IMG/VR virus record: IMGVR_UViG_3300047160_003019 | Span: 1-59,957 of that record | From: a virus | Length of the DNA: 59,957 nucleotides | Reading direction: 5' to 3' (one strand) | Shown here: positions 35,650 to 44,886 of the stretch, in pieces | Position numbering within the stretch: position 1 is the first letter of the stretch | Layout of the letters: each line of letters opens with the position of its first letter | Notes under the pieces: generated by a model | Seen by the model: only the letters and a program-made list of their open reading frames with translations | Told to the model about the DNA's origin: nothing | Databases searched by the model: none | Translations under genes and position numbers: made by a program

Positions 35650-35839
35650 GTATCCCACCAGTGGACCGCTCGAATATTTCTGCGAACTCTTCAATAGGCA
35701 TCTTGAGTATGTAGTTGGTAGGTTCTCTAGCGGTTCGTGTTGATATAACTACCATGATCTTCTTGGGGCCTAATACATGCACTCTAGTGATGTATATGGG
35801 GTTTATAAGTTCTCCTGTTGCTAGTGCTATCAGCTTCAT
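35624..35839 (-). CDS. hypothetical protein (71 aa); last leftward gene
   Basis: ATGA coupling to the upstream gene. The 3' end overlaps the convergent gene by 26 nt. Confidence 0.6.
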   Translation of the reverse strand: MKLIALATGELINPIYITRVHVLGPKKIMVVISTRTAREPTNYILKMPIEEFAEIFERSTGGIPIGELPPV

Positions 35840-36090
35840 AGCTTGAGCCCCATTGATTTCCTATGGTCTGTAAAGGTTTGCTGCTCAAGAACAGCTCTCC
35901 CAGCCATTGTTATGCCCCATATCCGTAAACGGACTGGGGTGCGGTGGCCGTGGAACGCACTGAAGTCGCGGGCCAGGCCCATAGTCACCAACCGCTGAAC
36001 TCGTGCGATCTCATCATCGTCCATCTCAGGAGCCGCCAGCGGTCGCGGTTGGAGCTTGGACAACATCTTGAAGTCCTGCTTGGTTATCAC
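35836..36090 (-). CDS. hypothetical protein (84 aa), possibly winged-helix
   Basis: SD GGAG within the AGTAAATCGGAG cassette. Confidence 0.65.
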   Translation of the reverse strand: MITKQDFKMLSKLQPRPLAAPEMDDDEIARVQRLVTMGLARDFSAFHGHRTPVRLRIWGITMAGRAVLEQQTFTDHRKSMGLKL

Positions 36091-36122
36091 ATGATTTACT
36101 CCGATTTACTGGACAAAGACGT

Positions 36123-36145
36123 TTCATTCGATGAATGATGGCCAT
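36123..36145. promoter_or_regulatory. conserved intergenic motif copy TTCATTCGATGAATGATGGCCAT
   Basis: Intergenic, about 33 nt upstream of the ATG at 36090. Confidence 0.6.
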
Positions 36146-36167
36146 CATCACTTCCCCACCCACCCAG

Positions 36168-36449
36168 TCATCTCGCTTTCCCCCGCAGATTTAATGGCGC
36201 TTCTCGCACCATCCTCATAACCTTCTCCATTTGCTCACGGTTCTTAGGATGCAGTCTATTAAGCTCGGCCTGTGACATCTTCTGCCATTGCCCCTGATCG
36301 CTCATGACAAGCGGTTGAGCACAGCTAAAACACACAGACGTGTCGCCTGGGTCCGGTGCCTCCTCAACTCCTGGCTCCGTATTGGAAGCAGCGTCGAGGT
36401 TATAGCCGCACCACGGACAGAGCTGTAATTCTAGCCTATGGGTCTTCAT
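36168..36449 (-). CDS. zinc-ribbon protein (93 aa)
   Basis: CPWCGY...CFSCAQ. Confidence 0.7.
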   Translation of the reverse strand: MKTHRLELQLCPWCGYNLDAASNTEPGVEEAPDPGDTSVCFSCAQPLVMSDQGQWQKMSQAELNRLHPKNREQMEKVMRMVREAPLNLRGKAR

Positions 36450-37715
36450 TTATTCTACTCCATGCTGATGCCTTGGTCTCGGATACCATGTCTCAGTTCC
36501 AGCAAACCGAGTGATAACATTTGCACCCTCCGCGATCCCAATAACTCGGGCTATCTTGTCTGCCGGTACGCGAGTGGATAGGAAATGAACTATTGAACTC
36601 GTCGGGATGGGTTTCTTCCCATTCCTAATCCATAGTTCCATCATATGGTAGTGTAATTCATCAATAACCGCCGCGTCTGATTTCCCCTGCATGGCGCGGA
36701 AGATGTCGGGCATATGTTTTTCAACATCTATTAACCACCCGATAGACCGCTCCACATCCTCCAGCTCAATTACAAAGTCCTGGGTACGCGAGAAGGCGCT
36801 TATCATACTCAACTTAACTGCGAACTCGGTGCGTGACGTATTGTAGACCTGCAACTTGGTATGGCCTGGTTCTGGCGGGCACCCAGCCATGTGCCACTCA
36901 TTGATCTTATCTGCCGCCTCTGACTGCCATTTCATCTGACCATAAAGAAGGGATACTTGACCTAATCGGTCAAGTATCCTCTTCTTTGCCCTGGCAGCCC
37001 CATTATTATCCACAAATAGCGGCTTCAGTCGCTTTTCGGAACTGTATACCATGATAATGCGGCGGATGAGACCGGTGTTCCAGGTCGCGTCAGGGAAGTG
37101 TTCCGCCAGGTAAGAGGGTTGCATCCCACCCAATATATTTAACTGCGGCATCGCTATCTTGACGCTCTTGGCAGGGCCATGTCGTCTTGACTCTGAATGG
37201 TGGTCACGGTTGTTCCATAGTGCATTGAGGATTGCAACCATGTTAGGGTCATAAGCCGGGAGCAGGACTGCGAACTCTTCGGACGCGACCAGCAGTGAAT
37301 GATGAATGAGGGGCGGACCGTCTTTGGTTATGGTCACATTCTTGGCTTCAGCCAACTCGTCTATTATGGATGCCCTAGTCACACTATCAGACGCGACATT
37401 GAAGGCGTGACCACCAGTCGGGTCCATAGTCTCGGCCCACATTGCTTTAACATCCTCGATTATGCCCTTACCTGTCCCTGGTGGGCCAACCAACATGGTG
37501 TACAGGTTTGGGTACGTTCTTTTTCCACCAACCGCCCTGGTCCATATCCTTCGCCCCATCGCACCACCAACCAGAGCAATCCCGCTCCATAATCGGTGGA
37601 TGTCTGTTGTAACTGAAGAATCAGTGTAACTTAACCAATCTGATACCAGATCGGTCCAGTGACCATTGAGCACGGAAGCCTCACTACCATTGAGGGTTCC
37701 ACTTATCCAACCCAC
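36450..37715 (-). CDS. P-loop NTPase, probable replicative helicase (421 aa)
   Basis: Walker A LVGPPGTGKG and Walker B-like LLVASEEF. Adjacent to the polymerase gene. No primase domain was recognised. Confidence 0.7.
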   Translation of the reverse strand: MGWISGTLNGSEASVLNGHWTDLVSDWLSYTDSSVTTDIHRLWSGIALVGGAMGRRIWTRAVGGKRTYPNLYTMLVGPPGTGKGIIEDVKAMWAETMDPTGGHAFNVASDSVTRASIIDELAEAKNVTITKDGPPLIHHSLLVASEEFAVLLPAYDPNMVAILNALWNNRDHHSESRRHGPAKSVKIAMPQLNILGGMQPSYLAEHFPDATWNTGLIRRIIMVYSSEKRLKPLFVDNNGAARAKKRILDRLGQVSLLYGQMKWQSEAADKINEWHMAGCPPEPGHTKLQVYNTSRTEFAVKLSMISAFSRTQDFVIELEDVERSIGWLIDVEKHMPDIFRAMQGKSDAAVIDELHYHMMELWIRNGKKPIPTSSIVHFLSTRVPADKIARVIGIAEGANVITRFAGTETWYPRPRHQHGVE

Positions 37716-39183
37716 GAGAATTGGTCTTGGACTTGTATCCCCAATTGTACCCTACCTTAGCGTCACTGGGGACTTCAAATGTTCGTCCACTCTTCGGGTC
37801 TACCATCTGGTGCCGTATCAAACTGCGCACTTCGTGCACAGTTTGATCAAACTTGTCATCGTCCACCACTTGGAACGTGATTGAGTCATATCCCTGTCCC
37901 AACAACTGTACTCGTGGTCGAAGCTCCTTCCATGTTTTCCAGAACCCCAGGTTGGTACGGTCCGATGTGGTAGACTGTGGAATGTAAGCGATGCCCTCTC
38001 GAAGAGTGACATCGCTTGAGGTGTCCCCGAAGAAGTGGCGTTCGCGACCAAAGGGTGTTATGAGCCGATAATTGGTCTGTATCTCGTTAGAGACCCACTC
38101 CCAGTAGCGGGGGATTGAAGGGAAAGCTGCGTTGTGCCCTCGACAGAACCGATCCTGGAAGTCTTCGGCGACCTGTTGAGTGATCTTGAGGTGACGAGCC
38201 ATTGTCCATGCGGTTCCCATATAGTCAGACAAATGTGCACCACGCTTTGCCATATCACGATAACTGAATTGGCGGTAGAAACTTCTGTCGGCAGTTGCAC
38301 GGTCCCCCACCTTATCTCCCGGCCATGGTAGTTCGGGCCACACAAGTTTTGCAACGTTTGTATGCAAATCACCAGACTCGCAGGCGTCTAGGAATGACCA
38401 GTCCTGGAAGATGCACCCGATGAGGAACCCGAGGTCTCGGGCTTCCGACTGCTCAAAATCAACGACACAAAGCCGGAACCCAGGGTCGGCAACAAAGATA
38501 TAACGCAGTCCAGGTGAGATGTTCTGAGCATTCCCACCTGTTCCAAATGCGTTCTCAGAAGATGAAGGTCTTCCCGACTCAGTTCCAGCGATATTGTAAG
38601 ACGATCGGAACCTTCCATCTGGGTCAACATCGTGACTGAGTACTTCATGCTGTTTGGAAAGGTCGCGGATAGCGAGGATGTGGGAGATGAAGGGGCGGGC
38701 GTAGAGGTAGGTTTCATATAGCTTCTCCAGTGCGGTACGGTCCATACTCAGCTTGCGGACCCCCTTCTTGCTTGTCCACTGCTCCGGGAGCCTCAGCACT
38801 TCATAAAATAGTCTCGGCAGTTGACTTGTAGACGATCTCGGTAGGGCTTCGTCAAAGGGCTTCTGGCTAGGTTGCAAAATCGCGTTACACAGTAACATCA
38901 GCTGGTTTCGGAGCTTCCGTATTCGTTGTTCCAGTCCCAGGATCGCTTCCTGTCTGGCGTTCATATCAATCCGGAACCCACGCTGCATTACCTCCAGGTA
39001 TGGTGCTTGCAGCCCACGCTCAAAATCATAAATCATCGAGGCATGAGGTCGAGATGATAGCATCTCGATCTCTATTGGTAGGCACTCTGCGGTCACACAA
39101 TTGTCGAGGCCGCAGTAAATCTGGTGGATTTCGCTAGGACTTAGCTTGGCTAGGTCCATCTTCGCGCTGTCTATTACTGGCAT
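37684..39183 (-). CDS. family A DNA polymerase, polymerase domain only (499 aa)
   Basis: Motif A VVDFEQSEAR (compare DYSQIELR), motif B RDMAKRGAHLSDYMG and a motif C region QGYDSITFQV. Confidence 0.85.
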   Translation of the reverse strand: MPVIDSAKMDLAKLSPSEIHQIYCGLDNCVTAECLPIEIEMLSSRPHASMIYDFERGLQAPYLEVMQRGFRIDMNARQEAILGLEQRIRKLRNQLMLLCNAILQPSQKPFDEALPRSSTSQLPRLFYEVLRLPEQWTSKKGVRKLSMDRTALEKLYETYLYARPFISHILAIRDLSKQHEVLSHDVDPDGRFRSSYNIAGTESGRPSSSENAFGTGGNAQNISPGLRYIFVADPGFRLCVVDFEQSEARDLGFLIGCIFQDWSFLDACESGDLHTNVAKLVWPELPWPGDKVGDRATADRSFYRQFSYRDMAKRGAHLSDYMGTAWTMARHLKITQQVAEDFQDRFCRGHNAAFPSIPRYWEWVSNEIQTNYRLITPFGRERHFFGDTSSDVTLREGIAYIPQSTTSDRTNLGFWKTWKELRPRVQLLGQGYDSITFQVVDDDKFDQTVHEVRSLIRHQMVDPKSGRTFEVPSDAKVGYNWGYKSKTNSRGLDKWNPQW

Positions 39184-39406
39184 CTTCGACCTCTTGAATG
39201 AGTTTGACAGCTTTCTTCGTTACGGTCCAAATATCTTGGTCAGGCATATCTGGATACATCTTATGGCAGGACAAAAAACCAGCTTCCTCCAAATCTTTTA
39301 CAACAGGTCTATAGCTCATTGGCAATCCAACGTACTCGCACGGCTTTGTGGATATGAATTTCAATAACTGATACAAGAATAGTGGAGACCCGGATGATAC
39401 TGCCAT
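39134..39406 (-). CDS. hypothetical protein (90 aa)
   Basis: Internal ATG immediately after the upstream stop. Overlaps the polymerase start by about 50 nt. Confidence 0.5.
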   Translation of the reverse strand: MAVSSGSPLFLYQLLKFISTKPCEYVGLPMSYRPVVKDLEEAGFLSCHKMYPDMPDQDIWTVTKKAVKLIQEVEDASNRQREDGPSQAKS

Positions 39407-39407
39407 C

Positions 39408-39755
39408 TCAAGACTCCATAAGGTCACGAATGTTTTTCCAGGTTGCAGCATTATCAACATGCTCTAAATAGAATATCTTTTTCTGCCGAAGTTTTGCCCA
39501 TTTGATTTCTCGAGCAGTGGACTCCCCTATGTATCCATCTTTGTTTAGTACTAAAATCGCATCACTTTCCTCTATCTTGGCTAGATGGGCAAGGTCCAAA
39601 GTCCATTTCTGATCTTCCGTGTACCAGGATTTGTCACCTTCAACAGAAGGGAAGGTCATCATAGAGTATGATATATGCCCCATAAGTCCTAATCGTTTGT
39701 TCCACTCATGCCAGAGAGCTTCAAATCTAGCAGAACCACAGATAGTAATCTTCAT
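39408..39755 (-). CDS. nucleoside 2-deoxyribosyltransferase-like protein (115 aa)
   Basis: MKITICGSARF... and ILVLNKDGYIGESTAREIKWA fit the NDT/Rcl-type pattern (Rossmann-like start; D.G...E...A). Confidence 0.55.
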   Translation of the reverse strand: MKITICGSARFEALWHEWNKRLGLMGHISYSMMTFPSVEGDKSWYTEDQKWTLDLAHLAKIEESDAILVLNKDGYIGESTAREIKWAKLRQKKIFYLEHVDNAATWKNIRDLMES

Positions 39756-39757
39756 GG

Positions 39758-40954
39758 TTATTCATCCCTCTTCTCGGTATCCGATTTGGCAGTGCGGAGA
39801 CGTTTCCAAGCCACATCGTTTGTGAGAATGGAGCCCAGGAACCCCAAACCTTTCGGTAGCTCAGGGTAGAGTGAGTGCCATGCCAACATAGTATCATCCC
39901 CCATGTTGTTTGGTATCCCTAAGATTTTCATCAGGTATTGTATGTCATAGATACCATTCTGAAAAGATTTAGGAATGGGCGAAGCCAGCATCTCCCATAC
40001 CAAACGCCAGACTTGGACTTCTTCCTCTACAGACCAATAAGAAGTGACCCGTTTGCCATTACGTTCGGGATAGATGACAACGTAACCCGCACCGCGCTTG
40101 ACTCGGTGCGGCCCAAACGGGATCACTAGACTATCATCTGAGCTTCGAGCGAACCCACAGGTGTCAATCATTCCGCCACTAGTCTCAACATCAATCGTGA
40201 GAGACGCTGGCGGACTCGCCAGCGTCTCCCTGATCCATTGCTCGACCTCTTGCAGGGTTGGATTGATTATAATCTGGCGAGAGGGACGGCGTATCTCAGG
40301 GTATTCAGACTCACGGTACGCCTTGATGTAGTCCGCAATAATGATGGGGCGCCGACTCCACATCCCCTCATACAGCAGTGACGCCGGATGGAATGTGGGG
40401 AGACATTTGACTCCATACGTCTCAGACCATGTGGTGGTCCCGCGGAGGGCTGTGATGTTGGTCATACCAAGCATAGCCCAGCAAGCAGTGTTACCCATCA
40501 AACAACAAACGTTTGGTTTCAGTACCGATATGTCTCGGCCCAACCGTTCCAACTGATCCAGGTACTCTGGCCGCAAGTAGCGACCTTTATTAATAGGGGG
40601 GTACGGGTAATTGGCTCCACCAACTTCAGACTTTGTCCCTGATATTGCGCCCAGATCGTTGTTGGGGGGTCGCATGTTAAGGACGTTAGTGAAACCGATC
40701 CCTGCTGCGTGCATCCACTCGTCTCGTTGTCGAACCCACGCCAGCATCCCATAGTCCCAGGAGATTTCGCGTTGGGCTTTAGCATGAAGGTCTGGATAGA
40801 CATCTGGGAAAGCCTCCCCTAGCATACCCCAATGCATCTTACCACTACCACCCACCAGCGGCATCTTCATCTTGTCCTCATCAGCTCCCCACGCCTCCCC
40901 GATCATCAGCATCTTTGGGTTTGGTGGCCCTGAGTATCCCGGAAGGAGGGACAT
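39758..40954 (-). CDS. UDG-like domain fused to a DnaQ-type 3'-5' exonuclease (398 aa); the N-terminal part of a split family A polymerase
   Basis: UDG family-4-like motifs MIGEAWGADED and TFHPASLL. Exonuclease motifs LTIDVETSG (ExoI) and FQNGIYDIQYL (ExoII). Confidence 0.8.
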   Translation of the reverse strand: MSLLPGYSGPPNPKMLMIGEAWGADEDKMKMPLVGGSGKMHWGMLGEAFPDVYPDLHAKAQREISWDYGMLAWVRQRDEWMHAAGIGFTNVLNMRPPNNDLGAISGTKSEVGGANYPYPPINKGRYLRPEYLDQLERLGRDISVLKPNVCCLMGNTACWAMLGMTNITALRGTTTWSETYGVKCLPTFHPASLLYEGMWSRRPIIIADYIKAYRESEYPEIRRPSRQIIINPTLQEVEQWIRETLASPPASLTIDVETSGGMIDTCGFARSSDDSLVIPFGPHRVKRGAGYVVIYPERNGKRVTSYWSVEEEVQVWRLVWEMLASPIPKSFQNGIYDIQYLMKILGIPNNMGDDTMLAWHSLYPELPKGLGFLGSILTNDVAWKRLRTAKSDTEKRDE

Positions 40955-42291
40955 TACAATGTCCCTCCTTCTCGCTTTGAGCCTCTAAAAAGGCGAGCTT
41001 CTTTCAGCTTGAGGCGAGCACTCTTACAGTACCCTTCATTGATCTCCAGTCCCAGCACGGTTTTGGCTCCCAACGCCTCAGCGGCTCGGAGAGACGAGCC
41101 GCTTCCACAGGTAGGATCAAGCATGGTTGTGTGCCCGTCCACTAACATACCCATAAAATACTTCAGCATGGCTTCTGGCTTGGTTGACGGGTGTATCTGG
41201 GTGTCCACTGGACACGCGAATACATCTGACAGCACCTTGAGGATGAACCGGTTACGAGTCCCCAACATGCAGGTATCATAGACGTGCTTGGGCCGTCGCC
41301 TATAGTCAGGCGTTATGCCTGACTCAGCATGAACCCAAATGAGTGGGTGGGGTATCCACATCACACCACCGATACGACTCAGATAGCGTTCTACCTCGGC
41401 CCGGTTCTTGTCGGAGTACCAGAACATGATGTGTCCTGACATCTCGAATAGTCGAGATATGTTATTGACGAAACAATCGAGTAGTAAGGTTGCGGTTTCG
41501 GCTGAGTCTTCATAAAAGGTATGCTCATTGCCCTGTCCAACCGGGCCGTCGGCAACACCGATCCCATACGGGAAGTCACAATGGATAAAGTTGAAGCGGG
41601 GACCGTCATAGGTTGGTGCCCAATCCAAGAAGGAACTATTGAGTATGGCATTGTCGGCATTGGATGTGTCCAGTTCCTCTGGTGCAGGTTTCCGTCTCAG
41701 GAAGACTGACATATCATGGCTGCGTTTGCGGGACTCAGTGCGCTCGATCATGGTGAGCGCCTCAGTCATAGTTTTGCATTCTGCAACCCGACTATCAGAG
41801 AGTTTCTCTGCAATTTTGAGATGGTTGGTGACAACGGCGGGGACCACTGACAGGCTCTCAGCCGTGTCGATCTGTTTCCAACTTGGATCCAGTTGCGTTC
41901 TGAGTTGGTGAATACGGTTGGTGGCCGCGGCGGACTCCTGCCACGTCAGGTCTTTCCGCTTGATATTCTCTTCCAACTCAACGATCTGAAGCTCGATGGG
42001 ACTCAAATCTGTTGTGTACCGTACTGGGACGGAGTCCCATCCTAGATTTTTGCAAGCGGTGTACCGTCGCTCGCCAGCAACCAGTACGTTATCCGGGTTG
42101 ATGATTATGGGGTTGAGCAGGCCCAGGGTTCGGATGGACTCTTGGAGTCCGTTCAGGTCATCTACCTTTTTGCGCTGGCGCTCATCTCGGTTTATGACTA
42201 TTGCGTCAATGGGGAGTCGCAGCACGTCATCCATTATAACGGACATAACTTTCAGTTCCCTGTCAAAAAGAGAAGGGGTGCCAGATGGCAC
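40954..42291 (-). CDS. ParB-like nuclease domain fused to a beta-class N6A/N4C DNA methyltransferase (445 aa)
   Basis: ParB N-domain GLLNPIIINPDNVLVAGERRYTAC. Motif IV HCDFPYG precedes motif I LDPTCGSGSS. Confidence 0.85.
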   Translation of the reverse strand: MPSGTPSLFDRELKVMSVIMDDVLRLPIDAIVINRDERQRKKVDDLNGLQESIRTLGLLNPIIINPDNVLVAGERRYTACKNLGWDSVPVRYTTDLSPIELQIVELEENIKRKDLTWQESAAATNRIHQLRTQLDPSWKQIDTAESLSVVPAVVTNHLKIAEKLSDSRVAECKTMTEALTMIERTESRKRSHDMSVFLRRKPAPEELDTSNADNAILNSSFLDWAPTYDGPRFNFIHCDFPYGIGVADGPVGQGNEHTFYEDSAETATLLLDCFVNNISRLFEMSGHIMFWYSDKNRAEVERYLSRIGGVMWIPHPLIWVHAESGITPDYRRRPKHVYDTCMLGTRNRFILKVLSDVFACPVDTQIHPSTKPEAMLKYFMGMLVDGHTTMLDPTCGSGSSLRAAEALGAKTVLGLEINEGYCKSARLKLKEARLFRGSKREGGTL

Positions 42292-42308
42292 CCCTCAAAG
42301 ATAATGTA

Positions 42309-42776
42309 TTATTTGTAGTCTTCGTTTGGTCCCATAACGCGACCGACTTGGTTGCCGATCTCGTTGGTGTTCTGGTTGAGGTACTGCTGGACCTCAATGT
42401 TTACGTCTGCCCCAATGACCTGCGGGCAGACCTCACCGTACTCCTTCCCCTCCGGCTCAATGTCACAGGACCGGAGGAACTCGTCGAGACGCCACAGGGC
42501 GTCGTCCGTCAGGTAGAAATCCCTGCGCAACCGCACACGTTGCAGGTTGATGGGAACCATGTTCCCCTCGCGGTCTTTGAAGTACCGCTTTTCTTCCGGG
42601 ATCGAGTCCGGCCAAGCGGACAGACTCAGTTGATACCGGACATACGGGGTCTTGTTGGTGTTGTTGTCCCCGTACTCGTAGGACTGTACCTTCCCAGGGT
42701 ACGTCTCGACTGGCAGTGGCGGGGGACGAACCGCCTTCCCTGCGGGCCGCGACAACCAAGCAGTGAAATCAGGCAT
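42309..42776 (-). CDS. hypothetical protein (155 aa); ssDNA-binding role possible, by synteny only
   Basis: Sits between the RecA-like ATPase and the methyltransferase, as DUF669/DUF2815-type genes do in similar modules. Confidence 0.6.
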   Translation of the reverse strand: MPDFTAWLSRPAGKAVRPPPLPVETYPGKVQSYEYGDNNTNKTPYVRYQLSLSAWPDSIPEEKRYFKDREGNMVPINLQRVRLRRDFYLTDDALWRLDEFLRSCDIEPEGKEYGEVCPQVIGADVNIEVQQYLNQNTNEIGNQVGRVMGPNEDYK

Positions 42777-42808
42777 GACTTTCTCTCTTTCGTGAGTGAG
42801 TAAGTAAG

Positions 42809-43771
42809 TTAGCTACGCTGAGTGAGTTGAGTAACGTTCGTTTCGGGTGGCGCCTCCTTTGCAGTTGTTTCGTCTCGAAGAGCCTGAGGTAGTCCTGCAC
42901 GGTAATCTCGGAAGTACTCTGCAAGCCCAGTTTCAAGGTTGTATTCAGGTTTGATCGTGAACGGGGCTGGATTAATCAATTCCACGTTATCGTCGTTATT
43001 GGTGAGGATTTGACGTTTGATAGAGGGATGGTTTCCCACAGATGTAGCTCGGATTGAGTGTGCAAAGAACTGACTGATCTGTGGAGAGATATTAGCACGT
43101 CCAAAGACCTGAGGGAATCCGCGAGCTTGGCGATTAGCACTAACCTGTGGACCTGGGGGTTCCATGAATACGATGTGGCAGATGATAATGACATTACACT
43201 TGATCTCGTCAGACTTCAACAGTTGAAGCTGGCTCCGGATATAATTGTAGGCGTGAGAGTAATCATTGTTGCCAATACTGCCGACTTGGGGACCCTGGGT
43301 TAGATGTCCTGTCAACGATAGCTGATAATACATTGCAGCTTCACAATATCTTGAGAACGAGTCGATGACCAGCACATCATCTGGTCCCCACTTGCTCAGG
43401 TTGCCAGGATGGTCATCCCCATCCTTCCAGTCATTGAGCATCTTACTGATTTTGTACCAGCTGTCACCTTTGGGGACAGCTGTGGCTCCCTGGATGTTAT
43501 AGCCCTCAGTCATAGTGACATAGGAGATGTTGTTGGCAGTTTGGGCAGCCTGTTCTGCGGTCCACAAGCCGGGACGCTGGCGCAAGTACATGCTCTTAGG
43601 GTTAGTGACAAAGTCCCGGATAATCCCTGCCTTCCCATCTAGGTCAATGATCCTGACCTTGTACCCGGCTGCGGCCAGGCTCACCAGTGATCCGGTTTTA
43701 CCGGCCCCGCTGTGGCCCAGGTAGAGCATTTTGATAGCTGGTGTCGCGTTGTATTGGGTGAATTTCGGCAT
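42809..43771 (-). CDS. RecA-like AAA_24-type ATPase (320 aa)
   Basis: Walker A GHSGAGKTG and Walker B VLVIDSFS. Confidence 0.8.
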   Translation of the reverse strand: MPKFTQYNATPAIKMLYLGHSGAGKTGSLVSLAAAGYKVRIIDLDGKAGIIRDFVTNPKSMYLRQRPGLWTAEQAAQTANNISYVTMTEGYNIQGATAVPKGDSWYKISKMLNDWKDGDDHPGNLSKWGPDDVLVIDSFSRYCEAAMYYQLSLTGHLTQGPQVGSIGNNDYSHAYNYIRSQLQLLKSDEIKCNVIIICHIVFMEPPGPQVSANRQARGFPQVFGRANISPQISQFFAHSIRATSVGNHPSIKRQILTNNDDNVELINPAPFTIKPEYNLETGLAEYFRDYRAGLPQALRDETTAKEAPPETNVTQLTQRS

Positions 43772-43792
43772 TGTTCTCTCACTTTAGCTTGC

Positions 43793-43894
43793 TCACCTAT
43801 TGCAGTCCCAATAACCACAGCGTCCCCAAGCACATTTGCACTCTGGGCACCGCCAGCGGATCATGTAGAGAAGTTTGTTGAACCAGTGTTTCAT
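43793..43894 (-). CDS. possible Cys-rich micro-ORF (33 aa: MKHWFNKLLYMIRWRCPECKCAWGRCGYWDCNR)
   Basis: Fills the gap between two genes. Only a weak SD-like GGG/GAAAG stretch is upstream. Below the ORF-track cutoff. Confidence 0.3.
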   Translation of the reverse strand: MKHWFNKLLYMIRWRCPECKCAWGRCGYWDCNR

Positions 43895-43917
43895 TCTTTC
43901 AACCCTTTGCTGTCATA

Positions 43918-44886
43918 TCAGTAGTCTAGCCTCTCGAAGGTTGGGTCCCACACCCTACGCTTGTACTGGGTTTTTAGTAGTAAGTTGGCTGCGTTGGTGG
44001 AGGGTGCTGCGCACACCTGGCGGAAGGGGCAGCCGCCATACATACCGCAAGCACTATCGTTCATCGGCCAATTGTCATGGAAGGCGCAATCTTCCAGCTG
44101 TTCCAACCAGAACCCCAGGTTGCGATGCCACTCGTCCAACATGGAGTCAGTACGTTGGACGATACCACGGGCGAAGACAGAGAACGATTGGACAACCTGG
44201 CAAGCATCAACCAGTATGCCTTCTGTGTCAACGCCGAATGCATTGCGGGCTGCGATAGTGTAGATAGTAAATTGGTTGTCAGGTGTGAACTTGGCAAACC
44301 AATACTCACCAATGGTGTGTTGGGTAGTTTTAACGTCTGTAACGTACCGCGCCCCATTAAGTTCACCTATGCGGTCAAGGCGACCGCATAGGATGAACTC
44401 CTCACCGGTGGTTGCGGACTTGTAACCGGTCCCAATGCGGAACGGGAGTTCGACCGCCAGACGGTCCGAATTACCGACACGGACTGTTTGGATCGGGTCA
44501 TCTTGGTACTTATCCAAGTACCATACTATGGTTCGGATTAGGGTGTACCGATTCTTGGCCTTGTTGTCAGAGTCCCAGGGTCTGTTCCGTTCCTTGTCCC
44601 AGGTCTCGATCATGATCTGTTTTATGACTTCCAGCTGGGCTTCACGGTGCGCCAGCTGGTTGTTGAGACGGAGGGTCCAATACAACTCAACGGCACGGTG
44701 AAGCATGGTCCCGAATGTCAGGTGGACAGATTCCATTGCGGGTTGGAACCCATAGACTATGCTATAGTAGTAACGCCTCGGGCAGACCTTGAACTCATTG
44801 AGGCTACTGGAGTCCAGAAAGGTTTGCAGCATCTTGTTGGCCTTCGAGAACGAACCGTTCTCAAAGGTCTCAAAGGGGAAACTCAT
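43918..44886 (-). CDS. Cas4/RecB-like PD-(D/E)XK exonuclease with a Cys4 cluster (322 aa)
   Basis: N-terminal CPRRYYY, YVTDVKTT (D-x-K) and C-terminal CGMYGGCPFRQVC. Confidence 0.85.
   Translation of the reverse strand: MSFPFETFENGSFSKANKMLQTFLDSSSLNEFKVCPRRYYYSIVYGFQPAMESVHLTFGTMLHRAVELYWTLRLNNQLAHREAQLEVIKQIMIETWDKERNRPWDSDNKAKNRYTLIRTIVWYLDKYQDDPIQTVRVGNSDRLAVELPFRIGTGYKSATTGEEFILCGRLDRIGELNGARYVTDVKTTQHTIGEYWFAKFTPDNQFTIYTIAARNAFGVDTEGILVDACQVVQSFSVFARGIVQRTDSMLDEWHRNLGFWLEQLEDCAFHDNWPMNDSACGMYGGCPFRQVCAAPSTNAANLLLKTQYKRRVWDPTFERLDY

Noticed and set aside
42285-42803. 172-aa + strand ORF
   Set aside because: It is the mirror of the leftward gene 42309-42776. That gene has a better composition and fits the operon.
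42818-42837. Shared 12-mer AGTGAGTTGAGT between 42821-42832 and 59754-59765
   Set aside because: In a 60-kb genome roughly a hundred 12-mer pairs are expected by chance. One copy is coding. I do not consider it significant.
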